IMG/VR virus record: IMGVR_UViG_2617271072_000007
DNA: 41,644 nt
Reading direction: 5' to 3' (one strand)
Origin: a virus
Lineage: Duplodnaviria; Heunggongvirae; Uroviricota; Caudoviricetes
The first letter of the stretch is position 1. The number at the start of each line of letters is the position of its first letter. The notes under the pieces are model-generated. The model did not search any database and was not told the DNA's origin. It worked only from the letters and a program-made list of their open reading frames with translations. Shown here one piece after another: positions 1 through 8,904 of the stretch. Both the position numbers and the translations under genes were made by a program.

Positions 1-420
1 ATGAAAACACACATTGATAATATAAAACCGGGACAAATGTTGATTCTCACATTCCCTGTAGGGGATGATAATTTCACATTCTATGAGCAAAATGCGAATG
101 TCATTGCAAAACTAAATGATTCTGCTAGAGACTCAATAATTAACATATACACATATTCACGCTCATTAATACAATCATTTAAAGGAAACAACAAACTCAT
201 TGAGGATTATGAAAAAATCCTTATTGGCATGGCAGACAATAACAAAGATAAAACCATGTATAAGAGATTACATGATGCAAAAATAAATGTAATGGTAGAT
301 TATGCTCAAGGGATAAAAAATATTGATGCAGAGCTAAGAGATGCAGTCAATAAGGGATTCGACATTATCGACCAAGAAGTAAAGTCACTACAAATGAAAT
401 TAAACAAATTAGCTTCATAG
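1..420 (+). CDS. hypothetical AT-rich cargo protein; may be 5'-truncated by the window edge
   Basis: 139-aa ORF starting at nt 1, much lower GC than the phage backbone, convergent with the invertase gene; no recognisable motif. Confidence 0.4.
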   Translation: MKTHIDNIKPGQMLILTFPVGDDNFTFYEQNANVIAKLNDSARDSIINIYTYSRSLIQSFKGNNKLIEDYEKILIGMADNNKDKTMYKRLHDAKINVMVDYAQGIKNIDAELRDAVNKGFDIIDQEVKSLQMKLNKLAS

Positions 421-469
421 AATGCTCCACTCCCTGTTCAATATTTTTACAAGCTTATCAGCCAACCGC

Positions 470-494
470 AGCACGTTCTTGCATACGACGTGCT
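470..494. terminator. putative hairpin between convergent genes
   Basis: 7-bp stem AGCACGT / ACGTGCT with 11-nt loop; weak T tract after it. Confidence 0.3.
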
Positions 495-500
495 ACGGTT

Positions 501-1055
501 TCATTTATCTCCCACCGGAAACCTCTTATACAAAGTCGATATGCCAACATCATAGATGATCGCTACCTTCAGGCGAGGAACTCCTGATGCAATTAATCGT
601 CCGGCCTGTGCCCATTGTTCTGGTGTAAGTTTGGGACGTCGTCCACCAATTCGTCCCTGTGCGCGAGCAGCTTCCAGTCCTGCTTTTGTTCGTTCAACAA
701 TCAGTTCACGTTCCATTTCAGCCAGGGCACCCATCACATGAAAGAAAAAGCGCCCCATTGGGGTACTGGTATCAATTGAATCCGTCAGACTACGAAAGTT
801 GATGCCTCGTTCGCGCAACTCCTCCACCAGCACGACAAGATGCCGCATACTGCGCCCCAGTCGGTCCAGTTTCCAGACCACCAGCGTATCACCTGCCGAT
901 AATGTCCTGAGTAGTTTTTTCAGTCCCGGCCTTTCGGACTTTGTACCGCTTATCTTGTCTTCAAAAATCAGCTCGCATCCTGCACAGTTCAGCGCATTAC
1001 GTTGTAGATCTGTGTTCTGGTCATTTGTTGACACACGTACATAGCCAATAAGCAT
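501..1055 (-). CDS. serine recombinase, DNA invertase (Pin/Gin/Hin/Cin family)
   Basis: N-terminus MLIGYVRVSTNDQNTDLQ with catalytic Ser, VVWKLDRLGRS and C-terminal HTH; RBS GGGAGA before the ATG at 1055; track ORF 501..1091 starts earlier in frame. Confidence 0.9.
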   Translation of the reverse strand: MLIGYVRVSTNDQNTDLQRNALNCAGCELIFEDKISGTKSERPGLKKLLRTLSAGDTLVVWKLDRLGRSMRHLVVLVEELRERGINFRSLTDSIDTSTPMGRFFFHVMGALAEMERELIVERTKAGLEAARAQGRIGGRRPKLTPEQWAQAGRLIASGVPRLKVAIIYDVGISTLYKRFPVGDK

Positions 1056-1121
1056 GGTAGATCTCCCTGACAAAAGCAGGAATGATGCCATTTGCTCGTT
1101 ATTTCTGCATTTTCATAAACG

Positions 1122-1149
1122 TTGGTTTTGGAGAAGGTGCTAACTGGGT
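1122..1149. repeat. left crossover (gix/hix-like) site of invertible segment
   Basis: TTTTCATAAACGTTGGTTTTGGAGAAGG; inverted match to 2919-2946 (about 18/20 in the core). Confidence 0.55.
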
Positions 1150-1417
1150 TATGTTACCTGGAGGAATGATAATTCAGCGTGTTTATCTTGGATTTCCTGT
1201 CGGAACCAATGTAAGACACATAACTTTCCCCCGGTCGTTTACAACAACGAACTATTCAATCTCAATTAACTGGAATGATATCGGTACTGCAACAACTGAA
1301 ACACAATCTCCAGCAAATGTGGCGGTTGTTCATCAAACAAAATCATTAACAGGGGCCAGCATCTGGCAGGCAGGTCCCGGGGGATTTAATGTGGACATTA
1401 TAGCGGTGGGGTATTGA
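1135..1417 (+). CDS. alternative tail-fibre C-terminal variable segment (silent orientation, no own start)
   Basis: Open frame beginning inside the left crossover site with GFGEG, matching GLGEG at the right site in the expressed fibre. Confidence 0.55.
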
Positions 1418-1848
1418 TATGTACGTATGGAGCGCTAAAGCAAATGGCTTTTTCCCCATATCGGAGAAAGAAAAAATTTGAGGCATCAGGTCTGTGGCCT
1501 GATGATGGTGTAATAGTCAGTGAAGAAGAACATAAAAAGTTATTTATGGATATTCCACCAAGAAAACAGATTGGAACACAGAATGGAAAACCAGCACTGA
1601 TAGATATTCCTCAGCCGACCAAAAAGGAATTAATCGCTATTGCTGAAGTTAAAAAATCCCAATTACGGGAAAAAGCTGACAGTGAAATATCCTGGCGTCA
1701 GGATGCTGTTGATGCTGATATCGCAACTGATGAAGAAACTTCAACTCTCACCGAATGGAAGAAATATCGTGTGCTGCTGATGCGTGTTGATACTTCAACA
1801 GCACCCGATATTGAATGGCCTACGCCTCCGGCAGTTCAGGCCAGATGA
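1414..1848 (+). CDS. alternative tail fibre assembly protein (silent orientation)
   Basis: C-terminus [13 protein letters not shown] parallels [13 protein letters not shown] of the expressed assembly protein; convergent overlap with it. Confidence 0.65.
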   Translation: MICTYGALKQMAFSPYRRKKKFEASGLWPDDGVIVSEEEHKKLFMDIPPRKQIGTQNGKPALIDIPQPTKKELIAIAEVKKSQLREKADSEISWRQDAVDADIATDEETSTLTEWKKYRVLLMRVDTSTAPDIEWPTPPAVQAR

Positions 1849-2422
1849 CATCCGGCGCGGTGCTGGTATCTGTTACCGTCACCGCGTCAATGTAATCCAG
1901 CACGGCGTTAAGTCGGGTTGTTTCTGCCTGCGTCAGCTTCCGCCCGGCCTGTAATTTCAGTTGAATCAGACTGATGGAAGCCATTGCAGTATCAATCAGT
2001 GACTGACGCTGTGCTTCTGCCGCTCCTACTGCGGCGCTATGCTGTGCCTCAGTATCGGTCACCCATTTCTCACCATCCCATTTATCGTATAGCGTTAATG
2101 GGGCGATAGTGGTTGTATTTTCAGGATAATCACCCGGTGCTGTGATTTCTTTCGATTCTCCTGTTTCGGTGCTATAGACGATTTCACTGCGATGGTCTGG
2201 CACATATTCCCACGAGTTATAATCTGCAGAACGGCAAATTGCATAACCAGCTTTATATGAGCCGGGAGCATCTAAACAGGAACATGCCGGAATGCCGACA
2301 CCCACAGCAAGATATTCAGTTGATGTGAAAATATATTCCCGTGTTTCACCATCATAGTTATAAACCGTAATATTTCCTGCCTGGGTGGCGATAAATTCGT
2401 TATTTAATACAGCGTAATCCAT
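1820..2422 (-). CDS. tail fibre assembly protein (expressed orientation)
   Basis: 200 aa; start overlaps the fibre stop (TAATG); typical Tfa-like sequence. Confidence 0.85.
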   Translation of the reverse strand: MDYAVLNNEFIATQAGNITVYNYDGETREYIFTSTEYLAVGVGIPACSCLDAPGSYKAGYAICRSADYNSWEYVPDHRSEIVYSTETGESKEITAPGDYPENTTTIAPLTLYDKWDGEKWVTDTEAQHSAAVGAAEAQRQSLIDTAMASISLIQLKLQAGRKLTQAETTRLNAVLDYIDAVTVTDTSTAPDVIWPELPEA

Positions 2423-3288
2423 TATGCAGCCCTCACAATATACGCAAATGCCAGGTTACGTGGTCTGGTTTCTTTAATTAAAGAGGAGGCATCAGGTGAA
2501 CTCACTGATTCAGCACCATTTCTTCCACCAGTGGTATAAGTAAAAACTCGCTCACTGTTAGACCAGTAATCCACACCAACTGTTCTTGCTGATGAAAAAA
2601 TGGTTTCATCAGATATAACCTGTTCTATTCCATACGGGATATTAGTAACTGACCCCACTTTTGTAGGTATTCCATGATTATGAGAAATTACTGCATGCTC
2701 TTGATTCGTTAATAAAGTACGACCGCTATCCACTCCACGCCCGTCATCCCAGCCACGAATAAACTCACCACGTAAATCAGGCAATTTATTTGTCGGGTAA
2801 GCCTTTGCCAGTTCCGGGTATTCTTCAGCAGAAAAAGCCGCACCATTGCATTTCAACCAGCCTGTTGGCGGAGTGGCTGAAGGCCATGGAACAGGCACAC
2901 CAACAGGTAATGCAGAGCCTTCTCCCAAACCAAGGTTTTCGAGAGCCGTTTTCACCGTGCCGTCCGATTTGATATCGCCAAACGGATTCTTGCGGCTCAG
3001 GTATTCAACAGCAAACCCCGATCCCAGCAATTCAACAAAACCGGGCAGATCACCATTATCAAGCACATCCCGTTGCGTTTTATCACTTACAAACTGGGCC
3101 AGAGCTGCAGCAATAAAGCTGGCCTGCCGAATAACCTTATTGACTTGCGCACTGGAGGCTTTCCCTGCTGTAAATCCAGATAAAAGCACGGGCAACGCTT
3201 CCCATTCCTCCTGCGATATAACATTGGCATTTCGATCCGTTGCAAACGCTTTAAAGTCATTTTTCGCCATCAGAGTAATACTCCCCAT
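2422..3288 (-). CDS. tail fibre protein; constant N-terminal part plus invertible C-terminal part
   Basis: 288 aa; right crossover site lies inside the gene at about 2919-2946. Confidence 0.85.
   Translation of the reverse strand: MGSITLMAKNDFKAFATDRNANVISQEEWEALPVLLSGFTAGKASSAQVNKVIRQASFIAAALAQFVSDKTQRDVLDNGDLPGFVELLGSGFAVEYLSRKNPFGDIKSDGTVKTALENLGLGEGSALPVGVPVPWPSATPPTGWLKCNGAAFSAEEYPELAKAYPTNKLPDLRGEFIRGWDDGRGVDSGRTLLTNQEHAVISHNHGIPTKVGSVTNIPYGIEQVISDETIFSSARTVGVDYWSNSERVFTYTTGGRNGAESVSSPDASSLIKETRPRNLAFAYIVRAA
2919..2946. repeat. right crossover site of invertible segment
   Basis: CCTTCTCCCAAACCAAGGTTTTCGAGAG, inverted copy of the 1122-1149 site. Confidence 0.55.
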
Positions 3289-3327
3289 GCTCCTACATCA
3301 AAACCACTGATGAATTCGTTATCCATA

Positions 3328-3951
3328 TCAAAACCCAAAAAATTTTGAGCCTTCCGATGGGGTTTCCACCGAAGGTGTTTCAATGCCACCCGCCCATACC
3401 CCGGCGGCTTTTACTGTGAGATACCCCTGTTTAATTGCCGCAATTAGCTCACGCGATACATCTGAAATATCAGTATCAGGAAAGACCCAGACCGATATCG
3501 TCATGTCCTGGTTATCGACTATCTGCATTCGCAGCCCGGATCCTGCTGTTGCCGCGTCAAGAATTGCCGGAAGCGAATCATTCCGTCCGTCCCAGTTATT
3601 AATCGCAATCTTCGCTTTAAGAATGACACGATAAGTTTCATCGCTGAGATACATGTATCCTGAATCAGGATCGTATGGTCCCTGCCATACCCCCTGATCA
3701 TATCCAAGCCCGTCGGTATCCCAGCTGAAATAGACACCTGAGATAGGCTGGCTGACAACACGGCTACGTCCGATCCACAATCCCAGAATGTCAAGTTGCA
3801 CACCAACCGCAGAGTCAATATCAAATGCAGTAATCAGCCCTCTGGTGGCCGCCGCAACATCAATAAGCGGCCGGGTCATCAGATCAACATGCGCAAGAAA
3901 TTTAGGTTTGGTGGCGTGGTAGTTCGTGATTAGTTCGGTGTATTTGCTCAT
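3328..3951 (-). CDS. tail/baseplate protein (P2 gpI / DUF2313-like)
   Basis: 207 aa between the baseplate J-like gene and the tail fibre gene; position and size fit. Confidence 0.6.
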   Translation of the reverse strand: MSKYTELITNYHATKPKFLAHVDLMTRPLIDVAAATRGLITAFDIDSAVGVQLDILGLWIGRSRVVSQPISGVYFSWDTDGLGYDQGVWQGPYDPDSGYMYLSDETYRVILKAKIAINNWDGRNDSLPAILDAATAGSGLRMQIVDNQDMTISVWVFPDTDISDVSRELIAAIKQGYLTVKAAGVWAGGIETPSVETPSEGSKFFGF

Positions 3952-5147
3952 GACTCCACCGTTATAACGATATTTTCCGGGGTACAGGACGCAGATTCGT
4001 TGTATCTGATATCAATGTTTGATGACGACAAAGCCCCCGGGGATTTCCCAATCGTCAGTTCCTGAATATCGTAATAGCGTGCATTCCCGCCACTCACCAC
4101 GCCAAGATTCGCCGGTGAGTAAATGCGACTTAAAAGGACCGAATCACCAATCATCAGACTATTGATATAGTCGGAAATAGCCTGCTGGATCTGCTGCCCT
4201 ATCTGTGAGGTATAACCCGTAAAAACTTTTAATTTAATCCGGGCATAAACAGGCACATCACTGGAACGCGAGAATTTGATTACATGGGGATTGCCGTATT
4301 TATCCGGAACCGTAACGGATGTTGTACCGTGAGTGGCTGTCCCCTGGCCTTTATTCCCTCTGATAGCCTGAGCAATATCCGTCACATCACCGCCATCTAC
4401 AATTACAGCAACAGAGTGTGGCGGTAACCCGTTACCGTCCTCCGAACCAGTATCGTTTTCATAGAGTTTGTGGCGGGTTACACCGGTAACATTAGAAACA
4501 GCACCATCCAGTGCTTCAAATGGGGTTATTGATGGCAACGCAACACTTTGCGACTGGCGGATACGTAACTCCGCATCAGTTTCTGCCGGAGTGCCCACAG
4601 TGGCTGCAGCAGGATTGGTTACCGAAACCCAGCCACGGGTTGGCGTATTAATTTCAGTGATAGTTCCAGCCAGCGCCGCCACTGCACCACTGACGGAACA
4701 TGTTGCGGTCACCATCACTGTACCATCCACGCCTACCACCACTGAAGCAGGCAAACGCCATATCACATTATTACTGTCTTTCACGCTGCCATTAATGATG
4801 GTTGTTCCGGCAGTTCCTGTAAGAAGCAAATCAACCGTAGAGTTCGTCGCGCCTTTACGTGAAATACCATTTATTTTCACGTTACTGGTCAGTGCAGCCC
4901 CATAGCCGGTTGCCGGTGAAAAACAGTTGTAGACAGTTATCGCCGTATTATTGGCATCATGAATCGCCAGCGCCATCAGAGCCACCATCTGGCCGTCTTT
5001 GCTGTCCGGTTCGAGGTAGGCATCACTACCATAAATCTGCTGAAAATAGCTAATCAGGGTGCTGAGTATCGTCTGATAATCAGGCGCACTGATCCCCTCC
5101 GCGGTTACCTTTGCAGATAAACCGAGAGAATCAAGGTTCAGAGCCAT
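3948..5147 (-). CDS. baseplate J-like protein
   Basis: 399 aa; conserved position between W-like and gpI-like genes. Confidence 0.8.
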   Translation of the reverse strand: MALNLDSLGLSAKVTAEGISAPDYQTILSTLISYFQQIYGSDAYLEPDSKDGQMVALMALAIHDANNTAITVYNCFSPATGYGAALTSNVKINGISRKGATNSTVDLLLTGTAGTTIINGSVKDSNNVIWRLPASVVVGVDGTVMVTATCSVSGAVAALAGTITEINTPTRGWVSVTNPAAATVGTPAETDAELRIRQSQSVALPSITPFEALDGAVSNVTGVTRHKLYENDTGSEDGNGLPPHSVAVIVDGGDVTDIAQAIRGNKGQGTATHGTTSVTVPDKYGNPHVIKFSRSSDVPVYARIKLKVFTGYTSQIGQQIQQAISDYINSLMIGDSVLLSRIYSPANLGVVSGGNARYYDIQELTIGKSPGALSSSNIDIRYNESASCTPENIVITVES

Positions 5148-5501
5148 TACGCCTCCGATGTAACAGTCGTTATTCCATAAAGAGTGTCGATTTCAGCGGA
5201 AAACATGACACGTCGGGTCGTGGTATCCACCGTCGTATTGAAAGAGAGGATTGATTTAACGCCCTGCGTTTCCAGAATGCGCTTACGGATCGCCAGGTTG
5301 TAGGTTTCCGGCTTCTGCCTGCCCAGCACGGACTGGATCCATGGAGTCCCTTCGGTGGTGTCGAGAAACCATTGCCCATACCACAATTCGAATCGCGTTT
5401 TTTACCGCCTGCGCCACGGCCTCCGGTGAGTTAATCAGCCAGGTGTCATCACCGCTGCCAAAGGTGTAATCACCATCGGCGTCTTCACGTCTGTATCGCA
5501 T
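5147..5501 (-). CDS. baseplate wedge protein (gp25/W-like); frame broken by a 1-nt indel
   Basis: ORFs 5283..5501 and 5147..5386 join into one protein if the A6 run (plus T6 at about 5398-5403) is A5. Confidence 0.6.
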
Positions 5502-6253
5502 CAGTTTACCCCATCGGTATTGCTTCCACCGCGCTGAACACCGCCATGAGTGTGCGTATCATCGATTGGCTTGCCGTTAGCCTTAACGCTCCCCAAGAAC
5601 TCAACAGCACCAATGATTTTTGAAGCCACACCAGAAACAACAGACCCCACCATGCCCCCCATCCAGGTTAACAGGCCATGAATGGTTACTTTCTCAGAAA
5701 AATCAGCCAGAGGGGCAACCACATCAAGACCACCCGGGGCGACAATTTTAATTTTCCGGGTATCAGGATTAAGCTCAAAATAGGTGCTGCCGTCGTCACT
5801 ACGCAACTGTGTGGCACTGGTATTAATACCGCTAATCTTCCTCGCCTGCGACTGGGGACCGACAATACAAAACGCATCCGATAAATCATGCATTCTGTCA
5901 TCGACCGGCTCCTGTATCCCACCGCTCTGCCACCAGAAATCAATACAACGATCGGCAAAAACGACAAGACACTCATCCCCGGCTTTAACCGGAAAAGTCA
6001 ACGTACAGCCTCCGCCGCGCGGAAATACCACTGGCACATCCACCAGCAACGGGTAATTTTTGGTAATGCGGTTACCGTCGTTATCCTTTTCAACCGAACG
6101 GATAGCTGGCTGCACAACCGCCGTCACCGCGTCGGGATCGAATGACTGAACAATGCCAGGCAAGGCGACACGGATCTGGTTCTTTGTTGTTTCCCGTTCA
6201 GATTTGAATGTTTCGGCAAGGTCGCCGCTGCGGGTCTGGTCAGATACTGCCAT
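5501..6253 (-). CDS. baseplate spike / assembly protein V-like
   Basis: 250 aa, follows the hub gene in conserved order. Confidence 0.7.
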   Translation of the reverse strand: MAVSDQTRSGDLAETFKSERETTKNQIRVALPGIVQSFDPDAVTAVVQPAIRSVEKDNDGNRITKNYPLLVDVPVVFPRGGGCTLTFPVKAGDECLVVFADRCIDFWWQSGGIQEPVDDRMHDLSDAFCIVGPQSQARKISGINTSATQLRSDDGSTYFELNPDTRKIKIVAPGGLDVVAPLADFSEKVTIHGLLTWMGGMVGSVVSGVASKIIGAVEFLGSVKANGKPIDDTHTHGGVQRGGSNTDGVN

Positions 6254-6270
6254 TTAGTAGGCTCCAGAAA

Positions 6271-6298
6271 GCAAAAAACCCGCCGGGTGGCGGGTTCA
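6271..6298 (-). terminator. rho-independent terminator
   Basis: Minus-strand stem AACCCGCC / GGCGGGTT with 4-nt loop followed by U6. Confidence 0.7.
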
Positions 6299-6312
6299 TT
6301 ATTGAAGTTTCA

Positions 6313-6552
6313 TTACTGCTTGTTTGCTTCTAACGCTTCAGCTATTCGGCGAAGATACTCATTGTTTTTAAATGAAACCATGATGCACTCAAAGAATATT
6401 CGGCAAAATACAGCACATAACAAAAGCACTAAAGCGCCAGCAGCCTTCCCATTAACAAACGTTATAATGGCGGCAACAACCAGAAGTAACATTGTGATGC
6501 CATACAGAACGTTGATGATTTTTGGAGTTATTAATTTATCAAATCCGAACAT
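6313..6552 (-). CDS. small inner-membrane protein (moron)
   Basis: 79 aa, two hydrophobic helices, RBS AGGAA, followed by its own terminator. Confidence 0.6.
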   Translation of the reverse strand: MFGFDKLITPKIINVLYGITMLLLVVAAIITFVNGKAAGALVLLLCAVFCRIFFECIMVSFKNNEYLRRIAEALEANKQ

Positions 6553-6605
6553 GCGACAAATTCCTTATCGTGAAAGTAGAAGTATCACATTATAATTACG
6601 AGTGA

Positions 6606-6947
6606 TTAATCAACAATCTTTTTGCATGGAAAGGAACCGATGATTTTCGGCGCATCCATGCTGTTCTGCAGCAGTTGGACATTCAGGAATCGCGTTTCGG
6701 TACCAGGGCGACGAATGTATTCAAAGCCGTAGTTGTTACCGTCTTTGGCAGGCATAAGCCCCATGTCTACTTTCAAACCATTGGTACCCAGTTCGGTGAT
6801 TTTTTGAGAGGTAACTTTTTCACCGTTGATTGTCGATAACTCGCCCTGGTTTGCAACCATAGTGTAGCCACCGCATTTAACCGTGAAGCCATCCGCCCAC
6901 GCACTGCACGCAGAAAAGACAGCTAACAGAAAAATAATACCCCTCAT
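6606..6947 (-). CDS. secreted protein or lipoprotein (moron)
   Basis: 113 aa; signal peptide MRGIIFLLAVFSAC with possible lipobox Cys; RBS AGGGGA. Confidence 0.6.
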   Translation of the reverse strand: MRGIIFLLAVFSACSAWADGFTVKCGGYTMVANQGELSTINGEKVTSQKITELGTNGLKVDMGLMPAKDGNNYGFEYIRRPGTETRFLNVQLLQNSMDAPKIIGSFPCKKIVD

Positions 6948-6950
6948 TGC

Positions 6951-8012
6951 TCATCCCCTTTGCAAAGCCGATTGCGTATACAGATCCGCCGCGCCACGCG
7001 CTTCGCACATCATATCCATGTACCACGCCTGGCCCCTTGTATCGCCACTGTACATAATCCCGCGCACAATATAAACGCCATCCGTTGCGATGCTGGCAGG
7101 CTGCGATGTGGTGCCGCTGAGCGTGATATTTCCGTCCGTGTTCTGGTCGGTGATCTGACCACCAGCCATCGCAATATCGTTGTTCGACAACGCGGTACGA
7201 TAGACGGAAGCCTGATCCAGCTGAATGAGCCCGTTAACCCGGATGTTCGGATTAATAAGAGCGCGGACGTTTACGCCGTTGCCGATGGTCTGCTGCGGCA
7301 TGCCAATAAGCCCGGTAGCACTGTTGAGCACAATCGCTTCGTGAACATATTCATTAGTCGCCACCATCTGGCGCTGACCGTCCACGAATTGCCATGTTGC
7401 GCCACATTGCTCGGCTACGTTATCCATTAGATGCCGCGTCATGCCAAAGAGCACCCGCCCCCGGGGGAATACAGTAGCAGGCATTTCAGGCGTCAGGCCT
7501 TCGGTCACACCTTTGGCTTCGAAGTCTTTCATCAGCGCACGGTTCACATCAGCGACCGTGTAACCGGCAGCCAGCGTCTGTGAGGTTATACTGGTGGCAA
7601 AAGCCAGATCAGTATCTGCTGCCTGAATCAGGACGTAGGAATCAACCGGACTGTCTTTTCCTGTGACCGAGTAGCGAATTTCACCGCTGAAAATCAGTCC
7701 GTAGTTGCGACCATCACTCTGGCCCACGTTCGCCGCGTCAACTTCCCGCACTGTCCCGACGTCGCTTGCCGACACCTCCGGCGCGATACCGTCGTAACCC
7801 GCAATCAGACGCACTTTCGAAAACTCCTGCCCGGTAATTCGGTTCACAGTATCTGCCGAAAGGTTATAAATTTTGATAGTCCCTACCCGGGACGCGCTGC
7901 TGATGTTGAACCAGTCGATCGTAAAGGTGACTTTGAAATCACTTAGCTCAATTCCCTGACCGTTCCCGTCCACAAGCTGCAGCTCGAAATGTCTCATCCA
8001 GTTCTGTGACAT
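6951..8012 (-). CDS. baseplate hub protein (P2 gpD / Mu gp44-like)
   Basis: 353 aa, position between tape measure module and spike. Confidence 0.65.
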   Translation of the reverse strand: MSQNWMRHFELQLVDGNGQGIELSDFKVTFTIDWFNISSASRVGTIKIYNLSADTVNRITGQEFSKVRLIAGYDGIAPEVSASDVGTVREVDAANVGQSDGRNYGLIFSGEIRYSVTGKDSPVDSYVLIQAADTDLAFATSITSQTLAAGYTVADVNRALMKDFEAKGVTEGLTPEMPATVFPRGRVLFGMTRHLMDNVAEQCGATWQFVDGQRQMVATNEYVHEAIVLNSATGLIGMPQQTIGNGVNVRALINPNIRVNGLIQLDQASVYRTALSNNDIAMAGGQITDQNTDGNITLSGTTSQPASIATDGVYIVRGIMYSGDTRGQAWYMDMMCEARGAADLYTQSALQRG

Positions 8013-8014
8013 GC

Positions 8015-8317
8015 TTACTCCGTTGATACCAGTAAATGACTGCGCCCGCCCAGGTCAGTTTTCGTGGGATAATCCTGTGTGTTGTCATCACAGACCACCA
8101 ACAGCTTAAAACCAAGTCCCATACAGGCGTACTGCGCCAGCAGATCAGCGCCAGTGACGAGAGGAATACCGGAGATTACCGGCTCCCCTCTGTCATTCAG
8201 CAGGTCCATAATCCAGTAAAGATCGCGCCATATGATGCTAATCCGCCAGGTGACACCACCCAGGACGATGCTGAACTGCTGGTTGTCCGCTGTCAGCGGA
8301 ATTTCCTGAATTGTCAT
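8015..8317 (-). CDS. tail protein, function unassigned
   Basis: 100 aa, translationally coupled inside the tail operon. Confidence 0.45.
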   Translation of the reverse strand: MTIQEIPLTADNQQFSIVLGGVTWRISIIWRDLYWIMDLLNDRGEPVISGIPLVTGADLLAQYACMGLGFKLLVVCDDNTQDYPTKTDLGGRSHLLVSTE

Positions 8318-8904
8318 TAGCCGCCCCCCAGTAATGACGCCACGTTACCCGTGATGCTTTTCAGCAGTGAAGTATCTGGAGGTTTTGTGGTTTTGTTGCC
8401 GCTGTTCTGTACCGCCGAGGTGCTGGCCCCTTCCTTCATATTGGTTTTATCCGCGACGGTAATCTGCTGTGTCCGGGAGATAAGGACCTCCCTCAGGGTA
8501 AGAACGGCGGACAGGACGTTTTCGGTTGTCTTGTCCGTCGTCACTTCCAGCGCCCGGATCAACATGTTGCTGTACAGTCGTTTACCGGTTACCACATCGA
8601 AGGGGATACGGCTTTCCTGCAGATCCAGTAGCTCCTGATACGTCTGCTGAGGACTCAGGCCGAGCAGGCTGGTAGCTGTCAGATTACTGGCAAAATCCAG
8701 CAATGCGCCGCCACCGGCGAAACCAACCTCCATCACCACTTCTGACGGTTTTTTATAGGCATGATCAGCGACAGCAGCCCCGACCTCTACCGGATGCTCT
8801 GTTATTTCAAGCATATCTGTATGCTTCTCTGAAATAACAACACTGGGAACAATCATTCCTATTTTTCTGCTCTGCTGATGAAAAAGTGTAGAGAGAATAT
8901 CCAC
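8317..8904 (-). CDS. tail protein, function unassigned
   Basis: 195 aa, immediately after the tape measure gene. Confidence 0.45.
   Translation of the reverse strand: MDILSTLFHQQSRKIGMIVPSVVISEKHTDMLEITEHPVEVGAAVADHAYKKPSEVVMEVGFAGGGALLDFASNLTATSLLGLSPQQTYQELLDLQESRIPFDVVTGKRLYSNMLIRALEVTTDKTTENVLSAVLTLREVLISRTQQITVADKTNMKEGASTSAVQNSGNKTTKPPDTSLLKSITGNVASLLGGG

Larger units (their letters stand above)
1122..2947. other. invertible tail-fibre host-range segment (G/P/C-segment type)
   Basis: Bounded by inverted crossover sites; holds two convergent sets of fibre C-terminus plus assembly gene; invertase gene adjacent. Confidence 0.6.
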
